A DNA stretch of 64,000 bases from Chrysomallon squamiferum (Eukaryota > Animalia > Mollusca), in NCBI GenBank assembly GCA_012295275.1, contig CM022673.1, positions 3,658,001 to 3,722,000 on the forward strand, given 5' to 3'. The number at the start of each line of letters is the position of its first letter. The stretch's first letter is position 1. The position numbers were made by a program, and so were the translations under genes. Positions 1 to 12,344 of this stretch are shown here, in pieces. The notes under the pieces are model-generated. The model ran no database searches, was not told the DNA's origin, and saw only the letters and a list, made by a program, of their open reading frames with translations.

Positions 1-386
1 TCACTCCTTTACCAGTGTTGCAAATGTCTATAAATGAAAGTATAACGCGCATGCTATTTTGTAACCCACGTCCAGTGTTACCTAGGAGCCACTTCCAAGC
101 AGATTTGCTAAAAATAAAATGCAGAGTAAGCATTTCAGAGAAGGATATAGCAATATAAACATAAGAATTGATTTTATTATTATTGTTAACTTAATCGCCG
201 TTTTAACAAATCACCATTTCACTTTCATTAATTTATATATGTGTATATGTATGAATATATATGTGTGCGTGCGTATGTGTTACAAAATCCTATAACGTGA
301 TTTGTTAGTTCCATTTCGTAAAATACTACTGCCACTATTAGCTTCTTATTCTACTATAAATGCCTGGGGCAATAAATCGGTTAATT

Positions 387-772
387 AGCCAAGTATCCTC
401 GTGACAGTGGACATATTTTGTTTAACGCAGTATAGAGTACACATCTGATACAAGTCGTACGTGACATTTTCGCGGCCGTCTCACTAAGGAAATATTTTAC
501 AACCGGTATTATATTTTATCACGAAACAAATACTTTTAAATTTCAGGATAATCATATAAATCTACTGAATGCTTATCTACTTCAGAAAACAACATATTAT
601 CTATAAAAAGTAGACGGCATTATTTAAAACTTCGACAAATAATATTACAGTATTGTCGACGAGCGAAAAGTACCGGTTACCGTAGTTTATCAGATAAATC
701 TGGTTTCGATTTCTTTAAAATTATTTCATGATAACTCGAATGGTTGTTAAATATTTATTGCTGTCAGATTTT
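387..772 (+). repeat. Diverged direct repeat, copy A (homologous to 2501-2890)
   Basis: Shares colinear blocks with 2501-2890, e.g. gtttaacgcagt, acatctgatac, taaatctactgaatgctta, ttcagaaaacaa, accgtagttta, attatttcatgataactcgaa and ggttgttaaatattt. Identity is roughly 75-80% by eye, with indels. Confidence 0.9.
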
Positions 773-1278
773 TAAAAATTATTTTATATTTTTATTAAGC
801 TTTTAGGTTGGTTTTTCAGTAATAAAAATTAACGAAGAGTAACATCCCTTGACAAAATAGTTTTGAAACTAGTCTATTTACAAATTGGTGGACGTGACAG
901 ACAGATTTTATGGGCGATATGAGTAGCTTCGTGGGAGGCTTTTAACTTTGACAACTAACATGTATAAATTTCGAATTAGATGGTACAATGGCCGTTTAAA
1001 ACGGTCCGCTGAAATTTACAGCCGAATGGTTCAAACTAAAAATCATTGTATCAACTTGGACAAAGTCTCTGCGACTCGTATCCGAGGGTTTACATAACGC
1101 CAGACTAAACGACTATCTTGTAAAAAGTACAAACAAAACATTTGACATGGATTCCATATGAGCATTTAAACGTTTGAAAAGTTATAAATATTTCCAGGAT
1201 GGATATGTGCAAGGGCTTATGTCCACGACCGTAAAATACCATTCTATCTGTTGTAGATTTTTGTTTACCTACAGAGCA

Positions 1279-1280
<2 letters not shown>

Positions 1281-1325
<45 letters not shown>

Positions 1326-1384
1326 AAGTGCATAATATATTTATATATGCACTTAAGACCTGGCTCTAACCCTTCGTATGGTTG

Positions 1385-1415
<31 letters not shown>
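1281..1415. repeat. (GT)n and (CA)n microsatellites in inverted orientation
   Basis: (gt)n at 1281-1324 and (ac)n at ~1387-1415, read directly from the sequence. Confidence 0.9.
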
Positions 1416-1421
<6 letters not shown>

Positions 1422-2099
1422 TGTATTTATAATTTTTTATGTATACATAAGCGTAATATTAATGTCCATAAATGCTGTTATCCAGCCTGCTATCGTCCCA
1501 CCTACAAAAATGTTTTCTTGTGTACACACACATAGCATAATGGAAAAACCACCTCTCAAAACAATTCAGGTCCAGATCAAGGGGTAGCAGGTGCCCCTCC
1601 CTCACAGATGCACTACAAACATTGGCAAGCACTTGTTTGTTCAACAAGTCTTTGTAGTGATATCATTTACCACCAGAGTATTTACAGCTTTGTTGCAGAC
1701 ACATCTCTGACTGAACACTGACAGCATGGTGACACACTATATTTAACAAACAAAACATACATTAACATGATTAATTAAATCTTTTGTTAATGAAGGAAAT
1801 GTGAGCTACTGATTTCCTTACAGTTATACATACTTTATGCTTTAAAAAAAAAACCTCTATAAATAAACCATTTATTTTGGAGTAACATATAATTGTTATA
1901 TTGAAAATTGTACCTGTACTCATGTACTCACACAAACACCTACATACCTGTACAACCCCCACAAAGTATTTGTGACTTCACGCAACAAACAACTCAACTA
2001 TCTGCGGTAGACTGGATAATTAAGAACATAACTGAAAATGTTGTTTTCTGTAGTTATCTGAACCGTGTCATTAATTTCATAGGCATTGTGACAATTTCC

Positions 2100-2379
2100 C
2101 GTTCCATATTAAGGGTGGCTATATAGTCCACATGTTTCTTGTCGTTCACTGGCTTCCCACCTCCAAAATGTGTGAACAAACCTTCGTGTTCGCAATGACA
2201 TTTTTTTTTTTTTTTTTTGGTTAAATTTGTTTCCTACCCCCCCCCCCATTTCTATGTGAAGCGATTACCCATAAAAGTTTCCGATATGCATTGGCTGGAT
2301 ATCGATGGAAGAATAACGAATTTCCCGGATTTCTGCGATTGGAACAGTTAATAAATGAGCAATTGTCAGGGTCTCCCAT
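2100..2379 (-). pseudogene. Degenerate THAP zinc-finger coding fragment, probably a DNA transposon relic
   Basis: The minus strand reads MGDPDNCSFINCSNRRNPGNSLFFHRYPANAYRKLLWVIA. After a polyG/polyA stretch with a stop (2200-2247) it continues TKVCS-(frameshift)-HFGGGKPVNDKKHVDYIATLNM. This matches the THAP signature C-x4-C...FHxxP...W...CSxHF. Degenerate sequence may extend to ~1540. Confidence 0.8.
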
Positions 2380-2429
2380 TACAGGATGATTGCTTTTGCC
2401 CCCCAATTTGCAAGTAGGGCTATTTTAGC

Positions 2430-2482
2430 GAGGTCTCGCGATTTGCGTCCTAGTATTGCCCAGCAACGGGCACATGCGCAGT
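2430..2482. promoter_or_regulatory. CpG-rich candidate promoter between the THAP relic (-) and the DUF885 gene (+)
   Basis: Three motifs lie within 50 bp in an otherwise CpG-poor window: TCTCGCGA (2434-2441, BANP/ZBTB33-type), ATTGCCCAGCAAC (2455-2467, RFX X-box-like) and CATGCGCA (2473-2480, NRF1-like). Confidence 0.5.
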
Positions 2483-2500
2483 GAAATACGAAAGACATCT

Positions 2501-2890
2501 GCCAGATATCTTCGTGGAAGTGGTATATTTCGTTTAACGCAGTGGTGAAGAATATACATCTGATACCAGCCGTCTGTCACATTTCCGCTGCGGCTTCACT
2601 AAGTAAATACTTTTATATTTTGTCATAAAACACATACATTTAAATTTAGGATAATTACATAAATCTACTGAATGCTTATTTTCAGAAAACAATATATATT
2701 ATCTATAAAAAGCAGACGGCGTTGTTTAAATCTTTGTAATATAATATTACTGTTTTGTCAAGCAAAAATACCGACTACCGTAGTTTACAAGTTAAATCTT
2801 GTTTCGATTTCCTTAGGTTTATTGTTATTATTAAAAAATGCGATATAATTATTTCATGATAACTCGAACGGTTGTTAAATATTTGTTGCT
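2501..2890 (+). repeat. Diverged direct repeat, copy B; may contain a 5' UTR exon of the DUF885 gene
   Basis: Colinear with 387-772. It carries a possible donor (ctaa|gtaaat, 2603) where copy A reads ctaaggaaat. Confidence 0.85.
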
Positions 2891-2940
2891 TTTTCAGTTA
2901 TAAAAATTATAACTATATAATGTTTGTAGGTAAACATGAA

Positions 2941-3005
<65 letters not shown>

Positions 3006-3284
3006 CCACTCTTAAGTGAGACATTCTTGTTCAGTATACAGTTTTGATATGTCAAAGCCAGTTTTGTTTTCCTTACATACATGTAAATGCTGACTTTTGT
3101 GCATTTATGTTCAGTTTTAAAATACCGGCCTCCCCAGTGTATTAGATTCAAAGTTATTGTTTGAATGACCACCAGGTAAGAATCTCCAATAGCTCTGTTT
3201 TACAAATAACACCTTCCTTAATAAACATATTTTTAAATTACTTCATAAGTTTATTTACTTATTTGTTACAGTTTGCTTCTAAAT

Positions 3285-3473
3285 ATGAGTGAAGATGCCT
3301 CTGTCAGAGCCCTGTGTGATGCATTCTGGGAATGGAGATTAAAGAATAGCCCAGAATTTGCTTCATACTGTGGTGTACATGACTATGACCATTTGTGGGA
3401 TGATCCATCAGAAAATGGATTTCATGAAAGAACAGTAATTAAGAGCAGTTTTAATAATAAATTAATAAATTAA

Positions 3474-3521
<48 letters not shown>

Positions 3522-5212
3522 TTATTACAATATTGTATTTTATCTTTTTATCTTTAATGTTTTCACTATTTCTGCATGGAACTATTCACTGTTATTATGA
3601 CATCCAGTATACTTGGGTACCATTCAGATTAATAAGGGCATTTTTTTATTATTTTTTTTTTTTTTTTTTTTTTTTAAAGATGTATAGTTCTATTATGTTC
3701 AGCATCAACATAAATGTGTTATAAATGAACTAAAAATAAATAACTAAATAAATAAACACGAAAAATAATAGTGTTATACATGGTATTTTTAAATAATGAA
3801 TGTGATGTCATTGTATGTTTTTAGAAAGCTGTTAAGGATTTTCTTACAAAGGCCAATGTCATTAACTTGGACAACTGCAGCAGAGATGAACAACAAAATC
3901 TGTTGCTTCTAAGAGATGCACTGAAAGTTTTCTGGATGGTTCAGAATTTAAAAGGTATTAAGTATTAGAAAACATTCTGTGCACTTTTGTATTATAGCAT
4001 TTATAAGCTTATCTAGTAAATGGAATATTAAAGCTAAAATAATTTTTAATTTATTATATATCTATTTATCCATTCTCTATATAAATAATATATTTAATAT
4101 TTAAAATAGTAACAGACACATACATATATATGAAGAAAGAAAACATCTGGGGTTGTTTCAAGTTTTTTTTGTTTTGTTTTTGGGAGAGTGAAGAAAATTA
4201 ATCTTAAACACATACAATAACATCTACAGATATTGAATTAATCTGCTTACGTAAATATATTGTATTTAATCGCAAATTTGTTTTTAAGCATTTAAAATGC
4301 ACATTTGCTAAATTCTGAATATATATAATTTGTTTTTAGTATGTGAGAGTCATAATTTAATTGTATATATTTAAAATATTATGTAGTATTTTGTTAATGT
4401 TTATTTATTTATTTAATTTATTTATTTATTTATTTTTTTGATTATTATTATTTTTTTTTCTTAGCTTTTTATTTCCTGTCAACTTTCTGGAAGGAGTCCA
4501 TGACCTCAATGATGTGTTTTCTTTTCACGTTTTTAACAATGAGACAGATTTTCAGAGATACCTTGGTCGACTGAAAACTCTACCAGCAAAGGTATAAGCT
4601 AATTTTATCCAAAATAATAATGATGATATTGTGCAAGACTGAAGTCCCCTAAGTTTTTATAATGTTTCTTTGGTATTGTTTTTTTGTCTGTGTGTGTTTT
4701 TTAATTATTTTAATTTTATTTTAATTATAATAATAATTTGTAAAACTATAAACCTGAAAGGTATAATGTTGGGTGTTCTGTTATTTTTATTTTATTTTTT
4801 TATTTCCTTACTTATTTGTTTGTTTGTTTGTTTATTCTTTCATTTAGTATTTTAATTATTTTAATAATTGTTATAATGATAAAAATATTTTATGTTTTGT
4901 ATAATAAGAGGTTTTTTTACATATTATTGACCATTACAAGAATAAGAAAGGAAAGCGGTCAGTATTTTAGAATAATTTTAATAATAACAAATATAATAAT
5001 AATTTTTGTTGGTTAAAATCTTACAGGTTTATAATATTGCTGTGATTTTCTCTAGTAGTGATTGTCAATTTTTATAGATTGATCAAGTTGAAAATATTCT
5101 GAAGCAGGCTGTCAAAGAAAAATTCACAAATCATCAAAGATCAATGGTATTTATCTCCCTTTATAATTATTTTTATTTATTTATTACTATTATTATAATA
5201 ATAATAATAATA

Positions 5213-5255
<43 letters not shown>

Positions 5256-8200
5256 TTTTTTGTAAACAGTGAGATCTTTGAAAAGGAAACACTAATATTT
5301 AAAGTCAAAAACAACTTAAAAAGAAGTTTATAAAAATTTTTGTCGTTAATATAAAATATTTTTTGGTAATACTAATTAATCTAATTAGCATTTATTTCAG
5401 CTTTCTAGCTTACTTTTAATCTCATTTCAGAATGCTGTGCCAAACCAAATTTCAAGTCTTCTTGAAACCAAAGCAGAGGATTCCTTGTTTCTTAAACCTT
5501 TTCTTGAACCACCTGTGAATGTTGATCCTAAAGTGATGTTAGTTTTATTTAAATATTTTTCTTTTATATATTTTTATTTGTTAATTTTTAATATTTTTGT
5601 TATTGTTTGTTATTACTAAGTTTATATTATATTATTTTATTTTATTTTATTTTACTTTACTTTACTTTATTTTATTTTATTTTATTTTATTTTATTTTAT
5701 TTTAGTTTTATTTTATTTTATTATTATAATTTTTATTATATTTATTTATTTATTTTTTTTGTTTTTTGGTATGTGTTCAGTAGAGAAAGTTATATTTTCT
5801 GACTTGCAGGTATACATTAATTAAAAATAGTTTCTTTTCTGATTATGTTTTTGAAATGTATTTCATCTGACTGATGGTGCAAAAACCTACCTAGGATACA
5901 AACCAGGTAATTCAAGCATCAGTAGTGGAACCCACATGTTTTCTTTTATAACTGTAAATGCTGATTAAGTACTATTAGATTATTTTTTTCTTATTTTTTT
6001 ATTTTTTCTTATTGTGCCAAAATATAACACCTCTAAAGAAATATGGATTAGATTACTTTTAATTTTTTTTAATTTTTTTTCTAACAGATCTGCACTAAAG
6101 GATGAGGCTATAAACATCGTGAATTCAAAAATTTATCCCAGCTACAGAAAACTGAAAGACTGGATAGAAAACGTACCTAATGATAGTTTACGTTTTTATT
6201 ACCTAAGTATTTAACTTCAGCTACATTAAATAAATCTTTTCTTTTTTTTTTTGCAATTTCAGCATTTTTCCTTAGTTTCTATTTATTTTTGTTTTTTATA
6301 TTATTATTATTATGTCAGAAAGTTTTTCCAATGTGATTTACTAAAGATTACATATATATATATATATATAACAAAAAAATTTTATTGTAAAATATCTGTT
6401 TAATAATTAATGGATGACCATTTAAATCTTATATTTTCTAATTTCTAATTAATATAATTTTTAAATTATTTTTTTAAAAACAGTAAGCAACAATTAATAA
6501 AACATTTTCTACTGTTTCATATATTTTATGTCTGATCTCCTAAAATCAGCTATTAATTCTAATTTTTTAAAGTAATACATTCACTAAACTTTTCTCCAAT
6601 TTCATTACTATATAAAAAATTATTATTGTTAAAAAATTATCTTCTGTAATTTTAATTTAATTTCTTAATTAAAGGAGTACATGAAAAACCTTCGTCCGTC
6701 TGAAGGTGTTTCATCACTCGCAAATGGTGCCCAGTTTTACCAGAAATGTTTGGATTATCATCTTTCCTGTCAAATGACACCAGCAGAAATCCACGAAATT
6801 GGTCAGAAAGAAGTGAAACGCATTCATGCCGCCATTCTGAAAATAGCTGAAGATGAGGGCTTCACGGGACAGAATGCTGCGGCCAAATTTTTGGAATCTT
6901 TACAGTCTGCCGAATTCCATTTTAAATCAGCCGTAAGTGTAATAAGTTAATAATTAACTATCATATGCTGTTTCTTTTTTCTTTTTTTAATTTTTTTTAA
7001 TGATAAGCTTAATATCATAATTTCAGTTTCCTTTATCTTTCCAATGAAAATAATAATAATATTAGCAATAATAATAATAATAATAATTTAAATAATAATA
7101 ACAACAATAACAGCAACAACAATAATAATAATAATAATAACAAAAATAATAATAATAACAACAATAATAATAATAACAACAACAATAATAGTAATAAATA
7201 ATAAAAGTAATTTTCTTTGTAGGCTGAGTTGATGGATTATGTGCAGAATATCAGCACCAATTTAATCCGACCAAAGTTGCCATCAGTGATAAAGAATATC
7301 CCCGATTCACAACTCAAGTATGTTGGTAAAAATTGCCGAATAGCTTGAAAGTAACAGGGTAGTTAGAACAATTCACGTTTAGCAATAAAATTTACTAGCA
7401 GAAGATAGATATCTATATAGATAGTAAAATAGTTAGAAGTACAATTAAAACAGAGATTCATTACATAGCTTTTACAGTTTTCTTATTCCTGGATTATCTA
7501 TATTCATAACATTTTTGTCTCAGTCTGTTTTAAAAAAAAAAAAAAAATAGTTTAAAAAAAATAAATATTTGAATATTGTGGTAAGTATGACAGTGTGTCA
7601 TATTCCATATATCTACATATAATTGTGATTAAGTGTGTTTCAACATACAATTCAGCTTACAACAAAATCCATATGTAATCTGGAGACAATATTTTTATAT
7701 ATTTAATATATGGTGCAGAATTTGTTGTCAGTTCTTTTAAGTATTGCTGCTTAATTTATAGACGATATTCCTTTTTCTTATTGTTTATTTGTGATTGTAA
7801 ACATTTTCATAATTAAAATTACTGTTTTGTTTTGTTACATGCAGAATACAGCCAGTTCCTCCTTCAAAGTCAAATTCCCCAGCAGGTTTCTATTTGAGTG
7901 GAACTTTTGATGGAACCAGACCTGGAGTTTACTATGTCAATACAAATGAACTGGATACATGGTCTGTACTGATAAAATCAGTCTTTTAAATCAACATTAC
8001 ATCCGACATACTGTTATTATTGCAGCTGCTGTCGATATTGTTGTAGTTGATATTCAATTTTTAAAACTATTTTTTAGATTACTATTGTCACACATTATTA
8101 CATTGTTGTTTTTCTTGTTTTAAGAAACTAAATTTTTAATTAATATTAGTTATTTTTACTTTTTTTAATTTTAATTTTGATTTTGATTTTGATTTTGATT

Positions 8201-10081
8201 TTGATTTTAATTTTAATTTTAATTTTAATTTTAATTTTAATTTTAATTTTGATTTTGATTTTGATTTTGATTTTGATTTTAATTTTAATTTTAATTTTAA
8301 TTTTAATTTTAATTTTCATTTTCATTTTCATTTTCATTTTCATTATGATTTTGATTTTGATTTTGATTTTTTGCATAGTAACAAATATGAATTCATGGCT
8401 CTCAGTCTTCATGAAGGTGAACCAGGACACCACACACAGGTTGTTACTTTAAAAACAAAGCTGACAAATATTTTATACATCACACACAGGTTGTTACTTT
8501 AAAAACAAAGCTGACAAATATTTTATACATCACACACAGGTTGTTACTTTAAAAACAAAGCAGTCAAATATTTTATACATCACACACAGGTTGTTACTTT
8601 AAAAACAAAGCAGACAAATATTTTATACATCACACACAGGTTGTTACTTTAAAAACAAAGCAGACAGATATTTTATACATCACACACAGATTGTTACTTT
8701 ATTTTAAAACAAGGTTGTTACTTTAAAAACAAAGACAGATATTTTATACATCACACACAGGTTGTTACTTTAAAAACAAAGCAGACAAATATTTTATACA
8801 TCACACACAGGTTGTTACTTTTGACAAACAAAAAGATTGTTACTTTCGCTGACAGATATTTTATACATCACACACAGGTTGTTACTTTAAAAACAAAGCA
8901 GACAAATATTTTATACATCACACACAGGTTGTTACTTTAAAAACAAAGCAGACAGATATTTTATACATCACACACAGGTTGTTACTTTAAAAACAAATCT
9001 GACAGATATTTTATACATCACACACAGGTTGTTACTTTAAAAACAAATCTGACAAATATTTTATACATCACACACAGGTTGTTACTTTAAAAACAAAGCA
9101 GACAAATATTTTATACATCACACACAGGTTGTTACTTTAAAAACAAAGCAGACAAATATTTTATACATCACACACAGGTTGTTACTTTAAAAACAAAGCA
9201 GGTTGTTACTTTAAAACAAAGCTGACAAATATTTTATACATCACACACAGGTTGTTACTTTAACAACAAAGCTGACAAATATTTTATACATCACACACAG
9301 GTTGTTACTTTAACAACAAAGCTGACAAACAGTTTATACATCAAGCACAGATTGTGGCTTAAAAAACAAATTTACAAACATTTTATATTTCACATGTAGG
9401 TTGTGACTTTAAAAGAAAAAAATTTCATTTGTCACACACTTTATACATCAGGACTACATTAAATGTTATACTTAATATTATAGTACAGTGTTTTCTAATG
9501 TGCAATATTTATTGTCTATTTCATATTCTAAATAATGACATGTTTATATGCATTATGATAACAATTAAAATGTATCACTATGAGAATTAACTAAGAATTG
9601 GTTCTAAGACCATTTAAATATTTGTTATTGTCAGTTGTTGATGATACTGTTGTTATTTATTTATTGTTCTTACTTTTGATGACATCTCAGTAACGTGAAA
9701 TATTGTTTCTTATTTATTAATTTTTTATTATGATTATTATTATTTTATTTTATTTTATTTTTATTTTTTGTTTCAGAGTATGTATTGTCAATCCAAAGCA
9801 CAAACTCCAGCATTCAGACAGTATATTGAAGATCAGAATTATTATCTTGCACCGCTAAAGTTTCCCATGTATTCTGCTCACGTTGAGGCGAGTAAAGACT
9901 TGAGTCATCAATCATAAAACAACAAAGAAACAATTTATACTCGTTGGCATCCAATCAGTATTTATAATTGAATAGTTTATGTTTTATTGTCATTCACAAT
10001 GGATTTTAATCTGCAACAGAGCTGATTCAAACATAGATTAAATAATTTTTTAATTTTGATTTGATTTTGATTTTGATTGAT

Positions 10082-10125
<44 letters not shown>

Positions 10126-12014
10126 TTTTAAATTTCAGGGCTGGGGTTTGTACTCTGAAGCTCTGGGAGAAGAACTTGGTCTTTACACAGACAACTATTC
10201 TCTGTACACAATAAACTATACATTCATACATGATTTAATAAAAATAATTAAATTTATTTGATCCTGTCAATATTAAAGTTTTCAAATAATTTTAACCTTG
10301 TTGTTGTTGCCAACATAAAAACTTCATTTGACAAAAAGTCTAAATTCTTCAGATTCTTCACTTTCATGTATCATCTGAGAACTGCTCTGTGTATTTATAT
10401 TAATATTTGATAGAAGTGTGTAGCTATTTGTTGTACACTTGTGTTCTTTCCTTCTGTGAGCCTGAAATTACTATAATTTGTATTTTACTGAATTCTGTTG
10501 TAGGTTTGGCAGATACAGCTTTGAGATGCTGAGAGCTGCCAGACTAGTGGTTGACACAGGAATGCATGCTATGGGGTAAGGATTTATGGACAAACATAGA
10601 TCTTCCATCAGTGGTCTTGACATGTTATGTGTAATATCTCTGGAATTGAAATAAATATGTATGTGCATTTATATATATATATTAACAATTTTTGCCTTAA
10701 TTTATTTAATCAAGTTTTCATTTTTTTTTTTTTTTTTTTTATTTGTATTTATTTTTTTATTTACTCATTCATTTGCTTTGTTTTTTTAATGATAGATATC
10801 AGTATTTAAAATAGATATCTAAAAGTGTTGGTAACACTGGTAATGCTGTTGTGTGATATATATATCATTCTGTTTTTTCACAGATGGAGTTGGCAGGATG
10901 CTGTCAAGTATCTTGTTGATTACACACTAAGTGACAAAGGGTCAATGACGAATGAAGTTGACCGATACATCACATGGCCTGGCCAGGTATTGTTCATTTA
11001 TAATTAATGAGAGTAACACCAAGACAAGTCAGATTAATTTCACACAGTAATCTGATAATTATGTCATACAGAATTACTAATCCATTGTTAGTCCCAAGTA
11101 ATCTTTTGTTTTAGATTTTTTTTTTACCTCAGACCAATTATTTTTGTATTCTCCAGAAATAAAGACATTATGACAAAAACCGAGGTTAATAAACTCAAAT
11201 AAAATTCATAATTTATGTGAGAAATGAATCTTACTTACAATCTTCAATCACCAACTTCAGTTAGATTTTCTAAGTTTACTGAACTTGCACCAGCTGTGTG
11301 TCTGTGTATTTTGTAATTCACATATTATTTCAGGCTTGTGCTTACAAAATCGGAGAGCTGAAAATTTGGGAATTAAGGCACAGAGCAGAAGATAAACTTA
11401 GTAAGCATTAAAGCAAATAATCTTTTGATGAAATCGTATTATCTTTATTTTAATTTAAATACGGTTTTGTGATAACCAGACAGAAAAGAAGTGTTCTTAT
11501 AAAAAAGTGTTTTTAAATGTTTTGCACGCTGATGCTGTATTCAAAATTTAACATGAATCTTTAAAATTTTAAATAATAAAAAAAAATTATAAAATAAATA
11601 CTAATATTAACTCTTGAGATTAACATGAGGGAAAAAAAATGTTGGACAAGAACAGAAAATATTAACAATTTCCAATACACTGAAATTTGCTATTTATCAG
11701 CATAACATTAGGCTGGTTTGACAGCTGCATTCTGAAATTGTGCAGAGAGAAACATATTCTTTATGATGCTAGAATCTATGAATATCATCTGCCTCTAATT
11801 TGTTTTTTTTTTTTTGTACTTTATCATTTTGATACAGGCAGTAAGATGTTAAGGGTTTTGGTTATATTTTTATTTATAAAATTACATAATTTTGTTTTCA
11901 GAAGACAACTTCGATGTACGTGATTTCCATGAAGCTGTTATTGGAAGTGGTTCCATACCACTCTCTCTGCTTGAATCTAAAGTTGATCAGTACATACACG
12001 ACAAAATGGCTTAG
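3285..12014 (+). CDS. DUF885-family protein (putative zinc metallopeptidase), ~576 aa in 16 coding exons, with one 1-nt frameshift in exon 2
   Basis: Exons: 3285-3434, 3825-3954, 4465-4591, 5078-5146, 5431-5537, 6088-6172, 6675-6932, 7223-7317, 7845-7961, 8379-8439, 9777-9887, 10139-10203, 10504-10575, 10884-10986, 11334-11400, 11902-12014. All phases are consistent except for a 1-nt deficit near 3928-3931. DUF885 motifs: EIHEIGQKEVKRI, RPGVYYVN, SLHEGEPGHHTQ, VEGWGLYSE, RAARLVVDTGMH, EVDRYITWPGQACAYKIG, FDVRDFHEAVI. An upstream exon (ATG 3165, donor 3176) would add MTTSLLLN in frame. Confidence 0.9.
8165..8372 (+). repeat. Compound hexamer microsatellite (ATTTTA/ATTTTG/ATTTTC)n
   Basis: Read directly from the sequence. 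It forms the pyrimidine tract of the acceptor at 8378. Confidence 0.95.
8431..9420 (+). repeat. 50-bp minisatellite, ~18 copies, starting inside DUF885 exon 10
   Basis: Unit cacacacaggttgttactttaaaaacaaagc(t/a)gacaaatattttatacat at 8431, 8481, 8531, 8581, 8631 and onward. Some units are rearranged and the array decays after ~9330. Confidence 0.97.
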
Positions 12015-12344
12015 CTGGAGAAAATATCTCCTTAACACTTTTCACTGTGAAAGAAAAACAGTCCAATATTGGCCTTGTGATGAGGACGTTTTTGCTTGCA
12101 AGTCCAGTTTATCGCTTGATCTGCTTTCAGTATTATTTTTATAACACAGAAAATAAACATATTTCTTGTTTAAGAATATAATATTTTGAAGAAATGTTTG
12201 AAAAATATACAGCAATTTATCATTCAGATTAAAAAACTTGTATTGTATTTTATATTGAAACTTAATTCATTTTCTTTATTGTAAATGAGTTTCCATCTTG
12301 TAATTGCCATTTATTTTCATATTTTTTCTTAGCATTCATAATTT

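Noticed and set aside
82-315. Possible minus-strand mini-exons (82-107 with good splice signals, and an ATG near 314)
   Set aside because: Joining them gives an 18-aa ORF ending in a stop, with no recognisable product. It may belong to a gene outside the window, but this cannot be supported.
1500-1760. Continuation of the THAP element as a transposase or P2X7-like/KolX domain
   Set aside because: All frames tried contain stops, and no diagnostic motif could be read with confidence.
8146-8452. Low-complexity ORFs (poly-IL, poly-KI, and likewise poly-Y, CV, HT, L elsewhere in the track)
   Set aside because: They are translations of microsatellites with no coding signal.
8431-9420. CRISPR-like appearance of the 50-bp array (and of the 70-bp array at 38181-38690)
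   Set aside because: The units are head-to-tail with no unique spacers, there are no cas genes, and the context is a eukaryotic intron. They are minisatellites.
3285-12014. Bacterial contamination or recent HGT as the source of DUF885
   Set aside because: The gene has fifteen spliceosomal introns with host-type microsatellites and is contiguous with conserved animal genes.
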